Shown one piece after another: positions 29,358-39,422 of a DNA stretch of 64,000 bases. The stretch comes from Thermodesulfobacteriota bacterium (GTDB lineage: Bacteria > Desulfobacterota > Desulfobacteria > Desulfobacterales > C00003060): NCBI GenBank assembly GCA_034189385.1, contig JAXHVD010000003.1, positions 32,001 to 96,000 of the forward strand. Reading direction: 5' to 3'. Position numbers and translations under genes: made by a program. The notes beneath the pieces were generated by a model. It did not search any database, had not been told where the DNA came from, and worked only from the letters and a program-made list of their open reading frames with translations. The number at the start of each line of letters is the position of its first letter. Position 1 is the first letter of the stretch.

Positions 29358-29486
29358 CCTCCCCAACAAACCCTTTGTATTGCCTTGACAAAACCCCCTG
29401 TCCATCATTCTCGGTTCCGTCCCTTGACAACCGTTCTGGTTGTGGAGTACGTTCTTTTTTAATCTGTTGTGGAAGGGGATGAAGAG

Positions 29487-29753
29487 ATGTCCAGATTGAC
29501 CCTTAGCCTGGTTGAGGAAACCCTGCGAAAAGAAGTGCAGAGGCTAGACAAGCGTGTCCAGGTGTTGGGCGTCAACAAGGGCAAGAAGAAGGATTCCTTT
29601 CGGGTGACCCTGTCAAAAGACGGGAGAACCGGTGCAGCAGACCTGAACAAGCAGATCATAAAGGCGTATCTCTCACAGGAGGGCAAGGATAGCGGGTTGA
29701 GAAAGGCCCTTGGCAAGGCGGTGAGTCGCCTAAGCATTACCTTCGGCAAGTAG
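29487..29753 (+). CDS. Hypothetical small basic protein
   Basis: ORF with RBS-like GAAGGGG before ATG 29487 and TTGACA at 29424; divergent from fhs. Confidence 0.6.
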   Translation: MSRLTLSLVEETLRKEVQRLDKRVQVLGVNKGKKKDSFRVTLSKDGRTGAADLNKQIIKAYLSQEGKDSGLRKALGKAVSRLSITFGK

Positions 29754-29811
29754 ACAACCATCCCTTTTGCCTGCCCTTATGTGTGCTTTTAGCTGAACCG
29801 GCACGTCCTCC

Positions 29812-30996
29812 ATGACCTTGTTTTTCACCATTGTCTTCTTCGTCTTCCTCCTCGTCGTCGTCCTTCAATGTGCCCTCATCCGTTTTATCCTTCCTGAGCG
29901 CATGTCTGGTCCACGGAAGACCGTAATCGCCGCCTGCGTGGCCTCTTGTTTCAACACAATCCCCTTTTGGTACATGGCAAAGGCCTCCATCTTGGATCAA
30001 CTCCCCTGGTGGCATCGAGAGCTTATTGTGTACCCCTACGCCATCGTCCTGGTGGCATCGGCCTTTTCCGGTCTGCTCTTTTTGGCCCTGTGGTCTTTCA
30101 GACCCCTTGTGCAAAGGCTGCGGCCTCCATTTGAAAAGGGTAAGCGAGATTTTCTGGGAACCTCAGCAAGAACACTAATGGTCACTTCCGTGGGGGCACT
30201 GGGCTACGGCGCTTACTGGGAGAATAAGAGCCTTGAAGTCTCGAGGCTGACCCTGAAGTACAAGGGACTTCACCCCCAGCTTTCTGGATTAAGAATTGTT
30301 CAGCTGACAGATTTTCATGCAGGGCCCTTGATATCGTTTCAGACTATTTCGGAGGTGATCTCGGCGGCCAATGCCCTCAAGCCGGATCTGATTGTTCTTA
30401 CCGGCGATTATGTGAACCATAACCCCGCCTATATCCATGGTTGCGCAAGCCTCCTTGACGAACTCAAGGCGCCCGCAGGGGTCTTTGGCGTCTACGGTAA
30501 TCACGATCACTATACGGGGATGGTGGCCATGAGGGAGGCCTTTTCAAAAACCCACCTGTCCATGTTAAGCAACGGCTGCGGCCCCGCCAAGGGCCTGGAG
30601 GGGGTCTTGAATATCATCGGTGCAGAAGACCCCGTGTCCGGCTGGGCCAGGGATGCACAGTTTTCCGATGTAACAAGAATCTCCAGCCTTGTTGATCCCC
30701 ATCAATTCAATCTTCTCCTCTCTCACAGGCCGGGACTCTTCAGGACATCCAAGGCATGGAAGGTGGGCTTGACCCTGTCCGGTCATACACACGGCGGGCA
30801 GGTCATTTTTCCGGGGATAGGGGATAAGGGATTCTCCCTTGCGGGCCTCTTTGTCACTTACACCCATGGCCTCTACAAATCCGAGAAAGATGCTGAAGTG
30901 CGTATGTATGTGAGCAGCGGCATAGGCACGATTATCGCCCCGGTGAGGCTCTTTTGCCCGCCAGAAATTGTGGAAATCACTCTGGCCGCGGCCTAA
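29812..30996 (+). CDS. Membrane-anchored metallophosphoesterase (YkuE-like)
   Basis: N-terminal TM helices; QLTDFH, TGDY, GNHDH, LLSH.P, LSGHTHGGQ. Confidence 0.92.
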   Translation: MTLFFTIVFFVFLLVVVLQCALIRFILPERMSGPRKTVIAACVASCFNTIPFWYMAKASILDQLPWWHRELIVYPYAIVLVASAFSGLLFLALWSFRPLVQRLRPPFEKGKRDFLGTSARTLMVTSVGALGYGAYWENKSLEVSRLTLKYKGLHPQLSGLRIVQLTDFHAGPLISFQTISEVISAANALKPDLIVLTGDYVNHNPAYIHGCASLLDELKAPAGVFGVYGNHDHYTGMVAMREAFSKTHLSMLSNGCGPAKGLEGVLNIIGAEDPVSGWARDAQFSDVTRISSLVDPHQFNLLLSHRPGLFRTSKAWKVGLTLSGHTHGGQVIFPGIGDKGFSLAGLFVTYTHGLYKSEKDAEVRMYVSSGIGTIIAPVRLFCPPEIVEITLAAA

Positions 30997-31377
30997 CCTC
31001 CCTTCGGAGTAGGCACCCCACTTGTCACCCGTTCCTGTATGTTCTCTTCTGGCCTTTTGCACGCCCTGCCAGAGGCTCCACGGGCCCCCTTTCCCCGTTT
31101 CGCCCATCTCCTCATATTTCTTGACTTTTCCGTCTTTATGCTTAGGTTGATATAAAAGAAATTGCCAATGAACATCTTTCGTTGTGCAACTATGATAGAC
31201 GGCTAGAAAGTAGTAACTCAGGAAAAGGCCTGGACTCATGAGGGTTTTGACCGTTTGATATTGCAGTGTAACTGCTCGCACTGGATGGACATGAGATGAC
31301 TGTTTCGGACTTCTCACAAAAGCGTCAACAAACCCATAGGGATGATTTCAGGCCAGCAAGAATGAAGGAACATAACG

Positions 31378-31644
31378 ATGAACAAGGACCATTACACTGA
31401 ACGTATAGATACACAGGTTGATGGGGATGAAGGTTTCTGGAGTGAGGACTACGTGTGGGCCACTAGCGAAGAGTCAAAACGCAACACGCTGTCATTACAT
31501 ACCATCGGATCCATTGTGTACCGGCACGGAGGAACTTTAATGGTGGAAACGGAGACGCAGGCCGTCAACATAGACGTGCCGGATGAGAAAAAACGCTCAC
31601 TGGCCGAAGAACTGAGTAGGAAATTAGATATGCGATTGCAGTGA
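31378..31644 (+). CDS. Hypothetical protein
   Basis: 88-aa ORF with AAGGA RBS; no family recognised. Confidence 0.55.
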   Translation: MNKDHYTERIDTQVDGDEGFWSEDYVWATSEESKRNTLSLHTIGSIVYRHGGTLMVETETQAVNIDVPDEKKRSLAEELSRKLDMRLQ

Positions 31645-31754
31645 GAAAATATGATTCCACACTGCAGCACCACGCCTAGCGGCTTTTGTTAGTTATCCGT
31701 TAACTAGGCAGAGATGGAAATAAGGTGTTACTTCGTTTTGTATAGGAGGTAGCA

Positions 31755-32138
31755 ATGCTGAGCATGGGAGAGTACTTTGACAACGCAAAAGGGTTGGGGG
31801 TCCTTGCCACGGCCGATTCAAAAGGAAAGGTAGACGTTGCTGTATTCTCTAGACCTCACGTTGTCGACAAGGAGACCGTTGCTTTTGTCATGGCAGATCG
31901 GCTGAGCCATGCCAATCTTCAGTCCAATCCACAGGCCGCATATCTTTTCAAGGAGTCAGGTGAGAAGTACATTGGCAAGCGGCTTTTCCTGACTAAGATT
32001 CGTGAAGAGCAGGATACAGATCTTCTCTATGAGCTGCAGAGAAGGAATTATCCCAGGGATGAAAAGGACCCAAAATACTTGGTCTTCTTTCACATCGATG
32101 AGGTCCTTCCCCTCATTGGCTCGGGAGAGAAGAAATAG
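31755..32138 (+). CDS. Pyridoxamine 5'-phosphate oxidase-like FMN-binding protein
   Basis: GVLATAD..G.VD.A.FSRPH, NLQSNPQA; AGGAGG RBS. Confidence 0.85.
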   Translation: MLSMGEYFDNAKGLGVLATADSKGKVDVAVFSRPHVVDKETVAFVMADRLSHANLQSNPQAAYLFKESGEKYIGKRLFLTKIREEQDTDLLYELQRRNYPRDEKDPKYLVFFHIDEVLPLIGSGEKK

Positions 32139-32146
32139 GCGGACTG

Positions 32147-33103
32147 CTATACGTGATTCCGTAACTGCAACTCCAGAGGATGGGGATGAAGATAGTACTG
32201 CTCCTCTAGGTAAGGCTGATCGTATTTTCGGACATAATGGTTCATGAGAGTGATGGGAACGATGAGGGGCACGTATTGTTGACGATATTGATCTATGACC
32301 CCCAGTAGTTCCTGTTTTTCATCGGAAGAGAGCTCTTTTTTGAAATAGCCCATTATATGCTGCAAGACATTGGCGTTTTTCTTCACCGTGGTTTTGAGTC
32401 TCAGGGCCTCCATTAGAAGCCCTTCATAGGTTTCATATACCTCCTTGAGGGGCGTCCCCTTGGCCCATGCCACGAGTCTTCCCATCATCTGGTAGTGTTT
32501 CGGGCTGTGAGAAAGAATCAAGAGTTTGTGTTTTGTGTGAAAAGTTACCAGGCGTCCCCGGGCCTTTGGTTGACCCAAGAGTTCCCGCCACCTTCTAAAG
32601 ACGAAGATCCTTTCGATGAAATTCTCTCTGAGTTTGGGGTCGTGAAGACGTCCCTCCTCTTCAACGGGAACCAGGGGAAAGTGTTCCATGAATGCGCGAG
32701 CAAATATTCCCACCCCTTTCTTCACCGGCATCCCTTTTTCATTGTACACCCTCACCCTTTCCATACCGCTGCTGGGAGAATTGCTCTTGAAGATGAAACC
32801 GCAAAGGTCTTCTGATTCCAGCTCACCTACACGCCTGTGGGCCCACATGAGCATCCGTTCCGTATGATCCTCGTTGCTCCTGGAAGTCACCAGACGGGGG
32901 GCGGCGGGATCCCCTACAAGCCGTAAAGACTCTCTGGGGATACCGAATCCGCACTCCACTTCAGGACATACAGGAAAGTATTCCACGAAGCGGCCCAGGG
33001 TGTCGGTCAGGAAGCGGTCCAGTTTATGCCCGCCGTCGTACCGGACCTGTTCACCGAGCAAGCATGTACTGATTCCCAGTTTGATGGTCGACCCCATCGC
33101 CAT
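32147..33103 (-). CDS. DUF523/DUF1722 (YbgA-like; 2-thiouracil desulfurase-like) protein
   Basis: GISTCLLG..VRYDGGH, CPEVECG, KSNSPS, EEEGRL.D..LRENF, YL..Q.Y..P.P. Confidence 0.9.
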   Translation of the reverse strand: MAMGSTIKLGISTCLLGEQVRYDGGHKLDRFLTDTLGRFVEYFPVCPEVECGFGIPRESLRLVGDPAAPRLVTSRSNEDHTERMLMWAHRRVGELESEDLCGFIFKSNSPSSGMERVRVYNEKGMPVKKGVGIFARAFMEHFPLVPVEEEGRLHDPKLRENFIERIFVFRRWRELLGQPKARGRLVTFHTKHKLLILSHSPKHYQMMGRLVAWAKGTPLKEVYETYEGLLMEALRLKTTVKKNANVLQHIMGYFKKELSSDEKQELLGVIDQYRQQYVPLIVPITLMNHYVRKYDQPYLEEQYYLHPHPLELQLRNHV

Positions 33104-33227
33104 CTGTCGCAGCCATCCTTTTCTGAATCATTTGCAGACTGATGGTCTTTATAGTATATTTATTTCCTGTAAGAGTCAAAGCAAACCTAAACCACGTCTG
33201 TACAATAGGCTGAAAAGGAGATGGAAG

Positions 33228-34205
33228 ATGCATGACATGCCCCAAAATATCCTTCTCACCGGCCCTACAGGCTTCATCGGCGGGCGCCTGTTGCATGCTC
33301 TGGACGAAGAAGGCCTGCGGGTGCGATGCCTTGTTCGTATATCAGAGGAGTTGGTGATCAAGCAACCGCTCAAAGAGGAGCCGGAAGTGGGCTATGCCGA
33401 CCTGCTCCAGCCGGAGACGCTCCCGCAGGTCATGGAAGGGATGGACGCTGCCTTCTATCTGGTCCATTCCATGGGAGGACGAAGCATAGCGGAAACCAAG
33501 GCCTTTGCAGAAAGAGACCGAAAATGCGCCAAGAACTTCTTGAAGGCAGCAGAAGAAGCCGGTGTCAAGCGGATCATTTATCTGGGAGGTCTAGGCGAGA
33601 CTGGAGACAAGCTTTCCAAACACCTTGCCAGTCGCCAGGAAGTAGCCCACATCCTCCAGTCCGGCAGTCTCCAGACCACTGCCCTGCGGGCGGCGGTCAT
33701 TATTGGGGCCGGCGGTGCCTCCTTTGAGTTGATCCGCTATCTGGCCGAACGCCTGCCCGTGATGATGTGCCCCCGGTGGATTGACACCCGTTCTCAGCCT
33801 ATCGCCGTGCAGGATGTCATTTCCTATTTGGTCCGATGCCTACGCGAGCCGGCCACCGCCGGTGAAACCCTCGATATCGGTGGGCCAGATATTGTCACCT
33901 ACCGAGAGATGGTAGAGATCTATGCCCGGGTCCGGGGCCTGCACAGATTCCTTTTTACCGTTCCTGTCCTCACGCCGCGGCTTTCTGCCTACTGGATCAA
34001 TCTCATCACGCCGGTGCCGGCGGGTATTGTCTTCCCCTTGGTGGAAGGGCTCAAGAATGAGGTCATCTGCCGGGATAACCGCATCCGGGATCTCATACCC
34101 CTGGATCTTATGACCATGGAAGAGGCGATTTGTACCGCTCTGACCGAGACGGAGAAGGGACCCGGCCAGCTTCCCTCGCAACAGGCGTGCTTTCTCCGCC
34201 AGTGA
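33228..34205 (+). CDS. NAD(P)-binding atypical SDR (YbjT-like)
   Basis: TGPTGFIG, YLVHSM, IIYLGGLG, S.HLASR, QPIAV.DV; start ATG 33228 behind AAGGAG. Confidence 0.9.
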   Translation: MHDMPQNILLTGPTGFIGGRLLHALDEEGLRVRCLVRISEELVIKQPLKEEPEVGYADLLQPETLPQVMEGMDAAFYLVHSMGGRSIAETKAFAERDRKCAKNFLKAAEEAGVKRIIYLGGLGETGDKLSKHLASRQEVAHILQSGSLQTTALRAAVIIGAGGASFELIRYLAERLPVMMCPRWIDTRSQPIAVQDVISYLVRCLREPATAGETLDIGGPDIVTYREMVEIYARVRGLHRFLFTVPVLTPRLSAYWINLITPVPAGIVFPLVEGLKNEVICRDNRIRDLIPLDLMTMEEAICTALTETEKGPGQLPSQQACFLRQ

Positions 34206-34214
34206 CGGTCATCC

Positions 34215-34904
34215 ATGACTTGCCCCAAGAGGTCATTCATAAAGATCCGTCTGGGCTTTTCCAATGCCTATCTACTTCGAGGGAAAGAGCGGACGATCCT
34301 GGTCGATGCAGGCAGTCTCCAACAGGAGGGGGCCTTTGTTCGCAATTTGGAAAGACACGGCATTTCTGCTTATGATATCGCCCTCATTGTCGTCACCCAT
34401 GCCCATTTTGATCATGTAGGAAGCCTCAAAGCCATCCAGCAGCATTGCCAGTGTCCGGTAGCCATCCATGAAGAAGAGGCCCGGTTGGTAAGGCAGGGTG
34501 CGGTGGTCTTTCCTCCAGGCACCAACCTCTTCGGTAAAGCCGCTTCCTATTTGGGTAAGCGGCTCATAAAGTCCTTCTTTAGGTTCCCTGCCATGGAGCC
34601 TGACATCATCATTTCCCAGGACTTCTCTCTTGAGCCATTTGGGATCTTGGGGAACATCATTTCCACAAAGGGCCATACCGAGGGGTCATTGTCTGTGCTT
34701 CTTGCCAGCGGAGAAGCATTTGTGGGCGATTTGGCCGCAAACTACCTTCCCTTCGGCCTCGGGCCCATCTTTCCACCCTTTGCCGAAAACGTTTCAGACC
34801 TCCTTACAAGCTGGCGAAGAGTTCTGGCCCTTGGGGCCAGAATCATCTGTCCCGGCCACGGCAAACCCTTTAAGGCGGAATGGCTCGAAAAAAGACTGGG
34901 TTAA
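34215..34904 (+). CDS. MBL-fold metallo-hydrolase
   Basis: THAHFDHVG, GHT.GS, GD, PGHG. Confidence 0.92.
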   Translation: MTCPKRSFIKIRLGFSNAYLLRGKERTILVDAGSLQQEGAFVRNLERHGISAYDIALIVVTHAHFDHVGSLKAIQQHCQCPVAIHEEEARLVRQGAVVFPPGTNLFGKAASYLGKRLIKSFFRFPAMEPDIIISQDFSLEPFGILGNIISTKGHTEGSLSVLLASGEAFVGDLAANYLPFGLGPIFPPFAENVSDLLTSWRRVLALGARIICPGHGKPFKAEWLEKRLG

Positions 34905-35155
34905 GGAGTAAACCGAAGGCGTGGCTCCCATCCCCCCATTTGAATGACTCCCTGTGACCAGGTTGATTTTCGCCGGAACATGCTTATTATGGTGAAAAGA
35001 AGGCGTGGCCGTAAAATAACGGTTCAACCCGTTTAAGGCAACGATCATGGCCGCGAAAGGGAAGAAGGATCACGTCCGATTATCAAACCCGGCATTTTCA
35101 TGTGAGTGGATGATGACGATTTCGCCTACTGGACCGGTGTATGGAGGTGATAACT

Positions 35156-35491
35156 ATGAGAAACAACCTGGATGAAGTACTCACCAACATTGGGGAGGAA
35201 CACAAGGAAGATATCTTGGACGGCTCCAGGTTCTACCTTGAGGTAGACATTGGAAAACGGGCTGAACAAATGGGTTATTCTGACGTAAGAGAGAAGTATC
35301 CCGATGCCGAGGCCGTGGTGCCAATAAAGGAAGCCAAAAGGGGAGTGAAAGTACGGATTGATGGAAGGACTTATGTGAACTACGCTCAGCTTGAATCGGG
35401 CATTGCGGTGCCAGGCCATGTTGCCAAGGAATCAGGGTTGCCTCACAAAACCTATAAGCCCAATCACAGTATGATACGCCATTTTAGGTGA
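35156..35491 (+). CDS. Hypothetical protein
   Basis: GGAGGT RBS before ATG 35156; followed by a terminator. Confidence 0.75.
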   Translation: MRNNLDEVLTNIGEEHKEDILDGSRFYLEVDIGKRAEQMGYSDVREKYPDAEAVVPIKEAKRGVKVRIDGRTYVNYAQLESGIAVPGHVAKESGLPHKTYKPNHSMIRHFR

Positions 35492-35515
35492 CGCAAAGCG
35501 CTTTTCTGAGAAAAC

Positions 35516-35549
35516 AAAGGCGGGGTCTGAAACAGCCCTGCCTTTTCTT
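35516..35549 (+). terminator. Intrinsic terminator
   Basis: AAAGGCGGGGTCTG-AAA-CAGCCCTGCCTTTTCTT. Confidence 0.65.
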
Positions 35550-35733
35550 GTTACTGAGGTGAAGTCACGGGCAAGGATTGCTGTGAAGCGTCCTTTAAAA
35601 CCTCCACCGGTTCATCTGGGTGACATTTTGTGTGAAGACGTACCTCTCCCCCTTGATCTGTCAGTAAGTAAAGCTGCGAGGCGACTCGAAATCTCTTCCC
35701 CCTCGCCTTTTTGAGGCGGTAGCCCTTTGCCCC

Positions 35734-35946
35734 TTAATCGCCTTCGTACTTGAAGGAGACATTTATCCTGGCACGATAAGCGGCAACCTTGCCGTTTTCT
35801 ACCTTCATGTCGAGCTTGACAACCTCAGCGATACGGAGGTTACGTAGGGTCTTTCCGGCTCGCGCAACTGCTGCTGCTGCTGCTTTTTCCCAGGATTCGG
35901 TACTGGTTCCCACCAACTCAATGATCTTGTAGACACTCTCTGACAT
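35734..35946 (-). CDS. Dodecin family flavin-binding protein
   Basis: SVYKIIELVGTS..SWE.AA, TLRNLR.AEV, YR....VSFKYE. Confidence 0.93.
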   Translation of the reverse strand: MSESVYKIIELVGTSTESWEKAAAAAVARAGKTLRNLRIAEVVKLDMKVENGKVAAYRARINVSFKYEGD

Positions 35947-36461
35947 GTCATCCCCCTTTCCGGTTTAGAAAATGCTTATTATGGCGCAAACCATGCATAA
36001 GATCTCATGAATATTCTAATGGGAAAGTGGTACCGTTTTTGGGTCTTGTGGGCTCTTAGAACCAGTAGTAAAATGAGAGCGGGGTCAGTCAGAATCCAAG
36101 TCACTGGGAAATAGGACCGTGTCCCTCAGAGCACCTCTAATAAACCCCTTTACAGGATCGTTTTTCAAAATGCAAGGGAATACTTATGTAGGCAATCTCA
36201 AGGGGAAAAGCGTGAACGAGGCCCCTTCTGCAGGTCCATGACGGTGAGGTGGGGGAAGAGAGCCTAATCCTGATACACGATGGCGCCTATAAGTAAAAAG
36301 CTCACAGGCACGCCCTTTGGTTGACGATTTTGAGTATGACTTCTCGTCAACACCGAATAGTAGAGACGAATTCGATGGGCTTTCCTTCAGCTTCAATGGT
36401 CGCAAGAAATCAAGGCGAAACGAAGTCTCCCCAAAGGCTTGCGGTATCTCACATACAAGCC

Positions 36462-37505
36462 CTAGAACAAATGGACATCGGCGGCTTTGAATGTTAAATA
36501 GACGCTACTCCCCTGCCTCAGCTTCATGTCGTCAAAAGAACAGCGCGTTAGCGCCGCCACCATCCTTAAACCCGCATCTACGGAGATCCTTACGACTGCT
36601 CCCCCATCCATGATCTTCCTGACGTGGCCTTTCAAGCAATTCTGTGCGCTCGAATCCAGCGGTTTTCGCGAGACCAGGATATGTTCAGGCCGGACCGAGG
36701 CATGGACCTGTCCCTCCTTAGCCGCGACGGACAGAATCTTTTGCCCCTCGATATCGACCATCGCTAGACCATCTTTCATCGTAGACATCCCCCTGAAAAG
36801 GTTGCCGATACCCAGAAACCGGGCCACAAAACCACAGTTCGGCCGGCTAAACACCTCCACGGGTTCGCCGGTTTGAATAACCTTTCCCGAATTCATGATG
36901 GCCATTTGGTTGCCCAGCAGGAACGCCTCTTCAAAGCTATGACTGACGTGCAAAATGGTAATGTCTGTTGAACTATGAAGGCGTTGAAGCTCTTCGCGCA
37001 GTTTGCCTTTGGTCTCGGCATCCAGAGCGCTCAGCGGTTCATCGAGCAACAACACTTCTGGTTTTACAATCAGGGCCCGAGCGATGGCAACTCTTTGTTG
37101 TTCCCCACCGCTTAAGGTCCCGGGATAGCGGTGCCTGAGGTGGTCGATCCGAAGAAATTCTGTCAGCTCAGCGACTTCTTGTCTAGCCTTTGCTCTGGGC
37201 ACCTTCCTCGTTCTGAGCCCGAATTGAATGTTTTCCTCCACATTCAGATGGGGAAAGAGCATGTAATCCTGATAGACCATGCCGATGTTTCGTTGCCGCG
37301 GGGGCAGCGCCGTAATATCTACACCTTTTAGGATAATGCTTCCTTGATCGGGAGTATAGATACCTGCAATGGTTTCGAGCAGAATCGTCTTTCCGGCGCC
37401 CGTAGGCCCCAGAACCATGAAATACTCCCCCTTCTCAATTTGGAGGGAAACATCTTTGAGAAAAAATTCGCCGAGGTCCTTAGATAGACAATCAACTCTT
37501 ATCAC
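36462..37505 (-). CDS. modC: Molybdate/tungstate ABC transporter ATP-binding subunit with TOBE domain
   Basis: GPTGAGKT, LSGGEQQR, LLLDEP, C-terminal TOBE (...FKAADVH); likely GTG start at 37505. Confidence 0.88.
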   Translation of the reverse strand: MIRVDCLSKDLGEFFLKDVSLQIEKGEYFMVLGPTGAGKTILLETIAGIYTPDQGSIILKGVDITALPPRQRNIGMVYQDYMLFPHLNVEENIQFGLRTRKVPRAKARQEVAELTEFLRIDHLRHRYPGTLSGGEQQRVAIARALIVKPEVLLLDEPLSALDAETKGKLREELQRLHSSTDITILHVSHSFEEAFLLGNQMAIMNSGKVIQTGEPVEVFSRPNCGFVARFLGIGNLFRGMSTMKDGLAMVDIEGQKILSVAAKEGQVHASVRPEHILVSRKPLDSSAQNCLKGHVRKIMDGGAVVRISVDAGLRMVAALTRCSFDDMKLRQGSSVYLTFKAADVHLF

Positions 37506-37516
37506 TTGGCCCCACC

Positions 37517-38326
37517 TCAAAACACACGGGCAAATCCACTGAACTTTTCAAAGAGCAACAGGGAAATGAGCGATATAACAATCAAGATCGTCCCTGCGGC
37601 GATAGCCAGAGGGAGGTCCCCACAGGACATATTCAAGTAGAGCGAGATGGGCAAGGTCTCCGTTTTCATCCTCGTTGCTCCGGCCACCATCAGTGCAGCG
37701 CCGAATTCGCCGATACCCTTGCACCAGGTTATGATCGCCCCGGCCGCTAAACCGTTCTTCGCCATAGGGAGCGTGATCCTCCAGAAGGCCTGGACATCTG
37801 TCGCCCCCAGGGTCTGGGCCACATATTCATAGCGGGGATTAATTCCCTGGAAGGTAGACCGGAGGATTCGAAACATGAAAGGCATATTCACAAAGAACTG
37901 CGCCATCACGATGCCTGCGGGCGTAAAGACAAACGCAAGGCCTAGCTCCGCAAGCCCCTTTCCAAAAGAGGTCGTACCAAAAAAGATAAGCAGTCCAACG
38001 CCTGCTACCAGAGGGGGAAGGGCCAGGGGGGCATCCAGTATCATGTTCAACAGGCTCATTCCAAAAAAACGATATCGGGCCAGGGCATATGCCGCAGGAA
38101 CAGATACCACAATGCACATAATGGTGGATATGATCGATGTGATAAGGCTCATCCTGATGGCGAACTGGATTTCACTAGATCCGAGGCTCTCTATCAATGC
38201 CGACAGCGTCGTGTGCGTAGCAACACTCAACAGCAACAACAGGATAAAGACTCCAAGAACCAGGGCGCAACACAGGGTAATGACCTTCAGCTTTGATTTC
38301 TTGATTCGTGTGAAAACAGGAAACAT
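37517..38326 (-). CDS. modB: Molybdate/tungstate ABC transporter permease
   Basis: PLALPPLVAG, A.TLGA, GEFGA, TETLP. Confidence 0.88.
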   Translation of the reverse strand: MFPVFTRIKKSKLKVITLCCALVLGVFILLLLLSVATHTTLSALIESLGSSEIQFAIRMSLITSIISTIMCIVVSVPAAYALARYRFFGMSLLNMILDAPLALPPLVAGVGLLIFFGTTSFGKGLAELGLAFVFTPAGIVMAQFFVNMPFMFRILRSTFQGINPRYEYVAQTLGATDVQAFWRITLPMAKNGLAAGAIITWCKGIGEFGAALMVAGATRMKTETLPISLYLNMSCGDLPLAIAAGTILIVISLISLLLFEKFSGFARVF

Positions 38327-38338
38327 ACAAGCATGCCT

Positions 38339-39127
38339 TTATTCATATTCGGGATTGGGATAGGTGATAAAACCGTGTTTTTCAAAAATCCCCTTGCCTT
38401 CTTCGGATGCACAGAAATCGACAAATTGCTTCGCTTTGACCGGATGCTTTGAAAACGTGGTGACTCCTATGGGAATCACCTTGATGACGTTTTTCTCCTT
38501 GGGTATCTCTATGACCTCAATTTTTCCCACAAATTTTACCGTATCCCACCAATTGATTGAGGCGTCCGCCTGTTCCATGGCAATGTATATGATCAATTCA
38601 TTCATGGTCGCCGTGGTGTCGACACCTTTGGCCCAGACCGCGTCTTTGAGGTCGTTTTTTTTGAGGATTTTGTTCCCAATCTTCCCGATTGCAGCCACTT
38701 TCGGGTCCCCGAAGACGAGCCGCACGTCCGGTCTTGCCAAATCCTTCAAACCGGAGATGTTGGCAGGATTTCCTTTTGGCACCGTAATCACAGGAATGTG
38801 ATACGCAACACCTTGCTGGTATCCGATCAGTCCCTTTTCCCGGGCGATATCAATATAAAGGGTTGCACCAGGCATGTAGGCATCTCCCTTTTTCGTAAGC
38901 TGCATCTGGCTCAACAGGGCATTCGAGCCAGCATAGTTGTAATGCACCTTGGTTCCGAATTTCTTCTGAAATAGTCCACCAATCTCATCCATGGGTTTCC
39001 TCATGCCAGCCCCGCTGTAGACCATGATCGATTCTGCCTCCTGTGCGCCCGCCGGGAGCACTGCGACTACGAAAATAAGCAGCACGGCAAGTGCGCCCAT
39101 GGTGTTTCTGACACAGGTCCTCTTCAT
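38339..39127 (-). CDS. modA: Molybdate/tungstate ABC transporter substrate-binding protein
   Basis: Signal peptide; YSGAGM, NYAGSNALLSQ, VPKGNP..I, GDPK.AAIG, FEKHGF. Confidence 0.88.
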   Translation of the reverse strand: MKRTCVRNTMGALAVLLIFVVAVLPAGAQEAESIMVYSGAGMRKPMDEIGGLFQKKFGTKVHYNYAGSNALLSQMQLTKKGDAYMPGATLYIDIAREKGLIGYQQGVAYHIPVITVPKGNPANISGLKDLARPDVRLVFGDPKVAAIGKIGNKILKKNDLKDAVWAKGVDTTATMNELIIYIAMEQADASINWWDTVKFVGKIEVIEIPKEKNVIKVIPIGVTTFSKHPVKAKQFVDFCASEEGKGIFEKHGFITYPNPEYE

Positions 39128-39422
39128 TTTTACCTCCTGCAACGTGCCTGCGTTTGCCTCTATCTCCTTTGGGTTTCCCTGTCATTGACCTTTATTTTCT
39201 CAATAAGCAGTGGGATGCTTTTCTGGAATCCAAGGAGGCTTACCCCCACATATTAAGATATTGCATCAGCCCCTTATCGCAATCTCTTATTCCGTAGAGA
39301 TCATCTTCTTTCTATAAGGGAAGTCCTTTTCCCCGATATCGGCCCGCTTATGGGGATTTGGAATCGTCTTGGTCGGGTCCGCCAATCTTCCTCATTTTCG
39401 CCTCCTTTTCTCAAGTCGTTTT

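Noticed and set aside
30136..30160. Tat-like KRDFL motif inside the metallophosphoesterase
   Set aside because: An internal motif of this kind is a familiar feature of YkuE-like proteins, so it is not novel.
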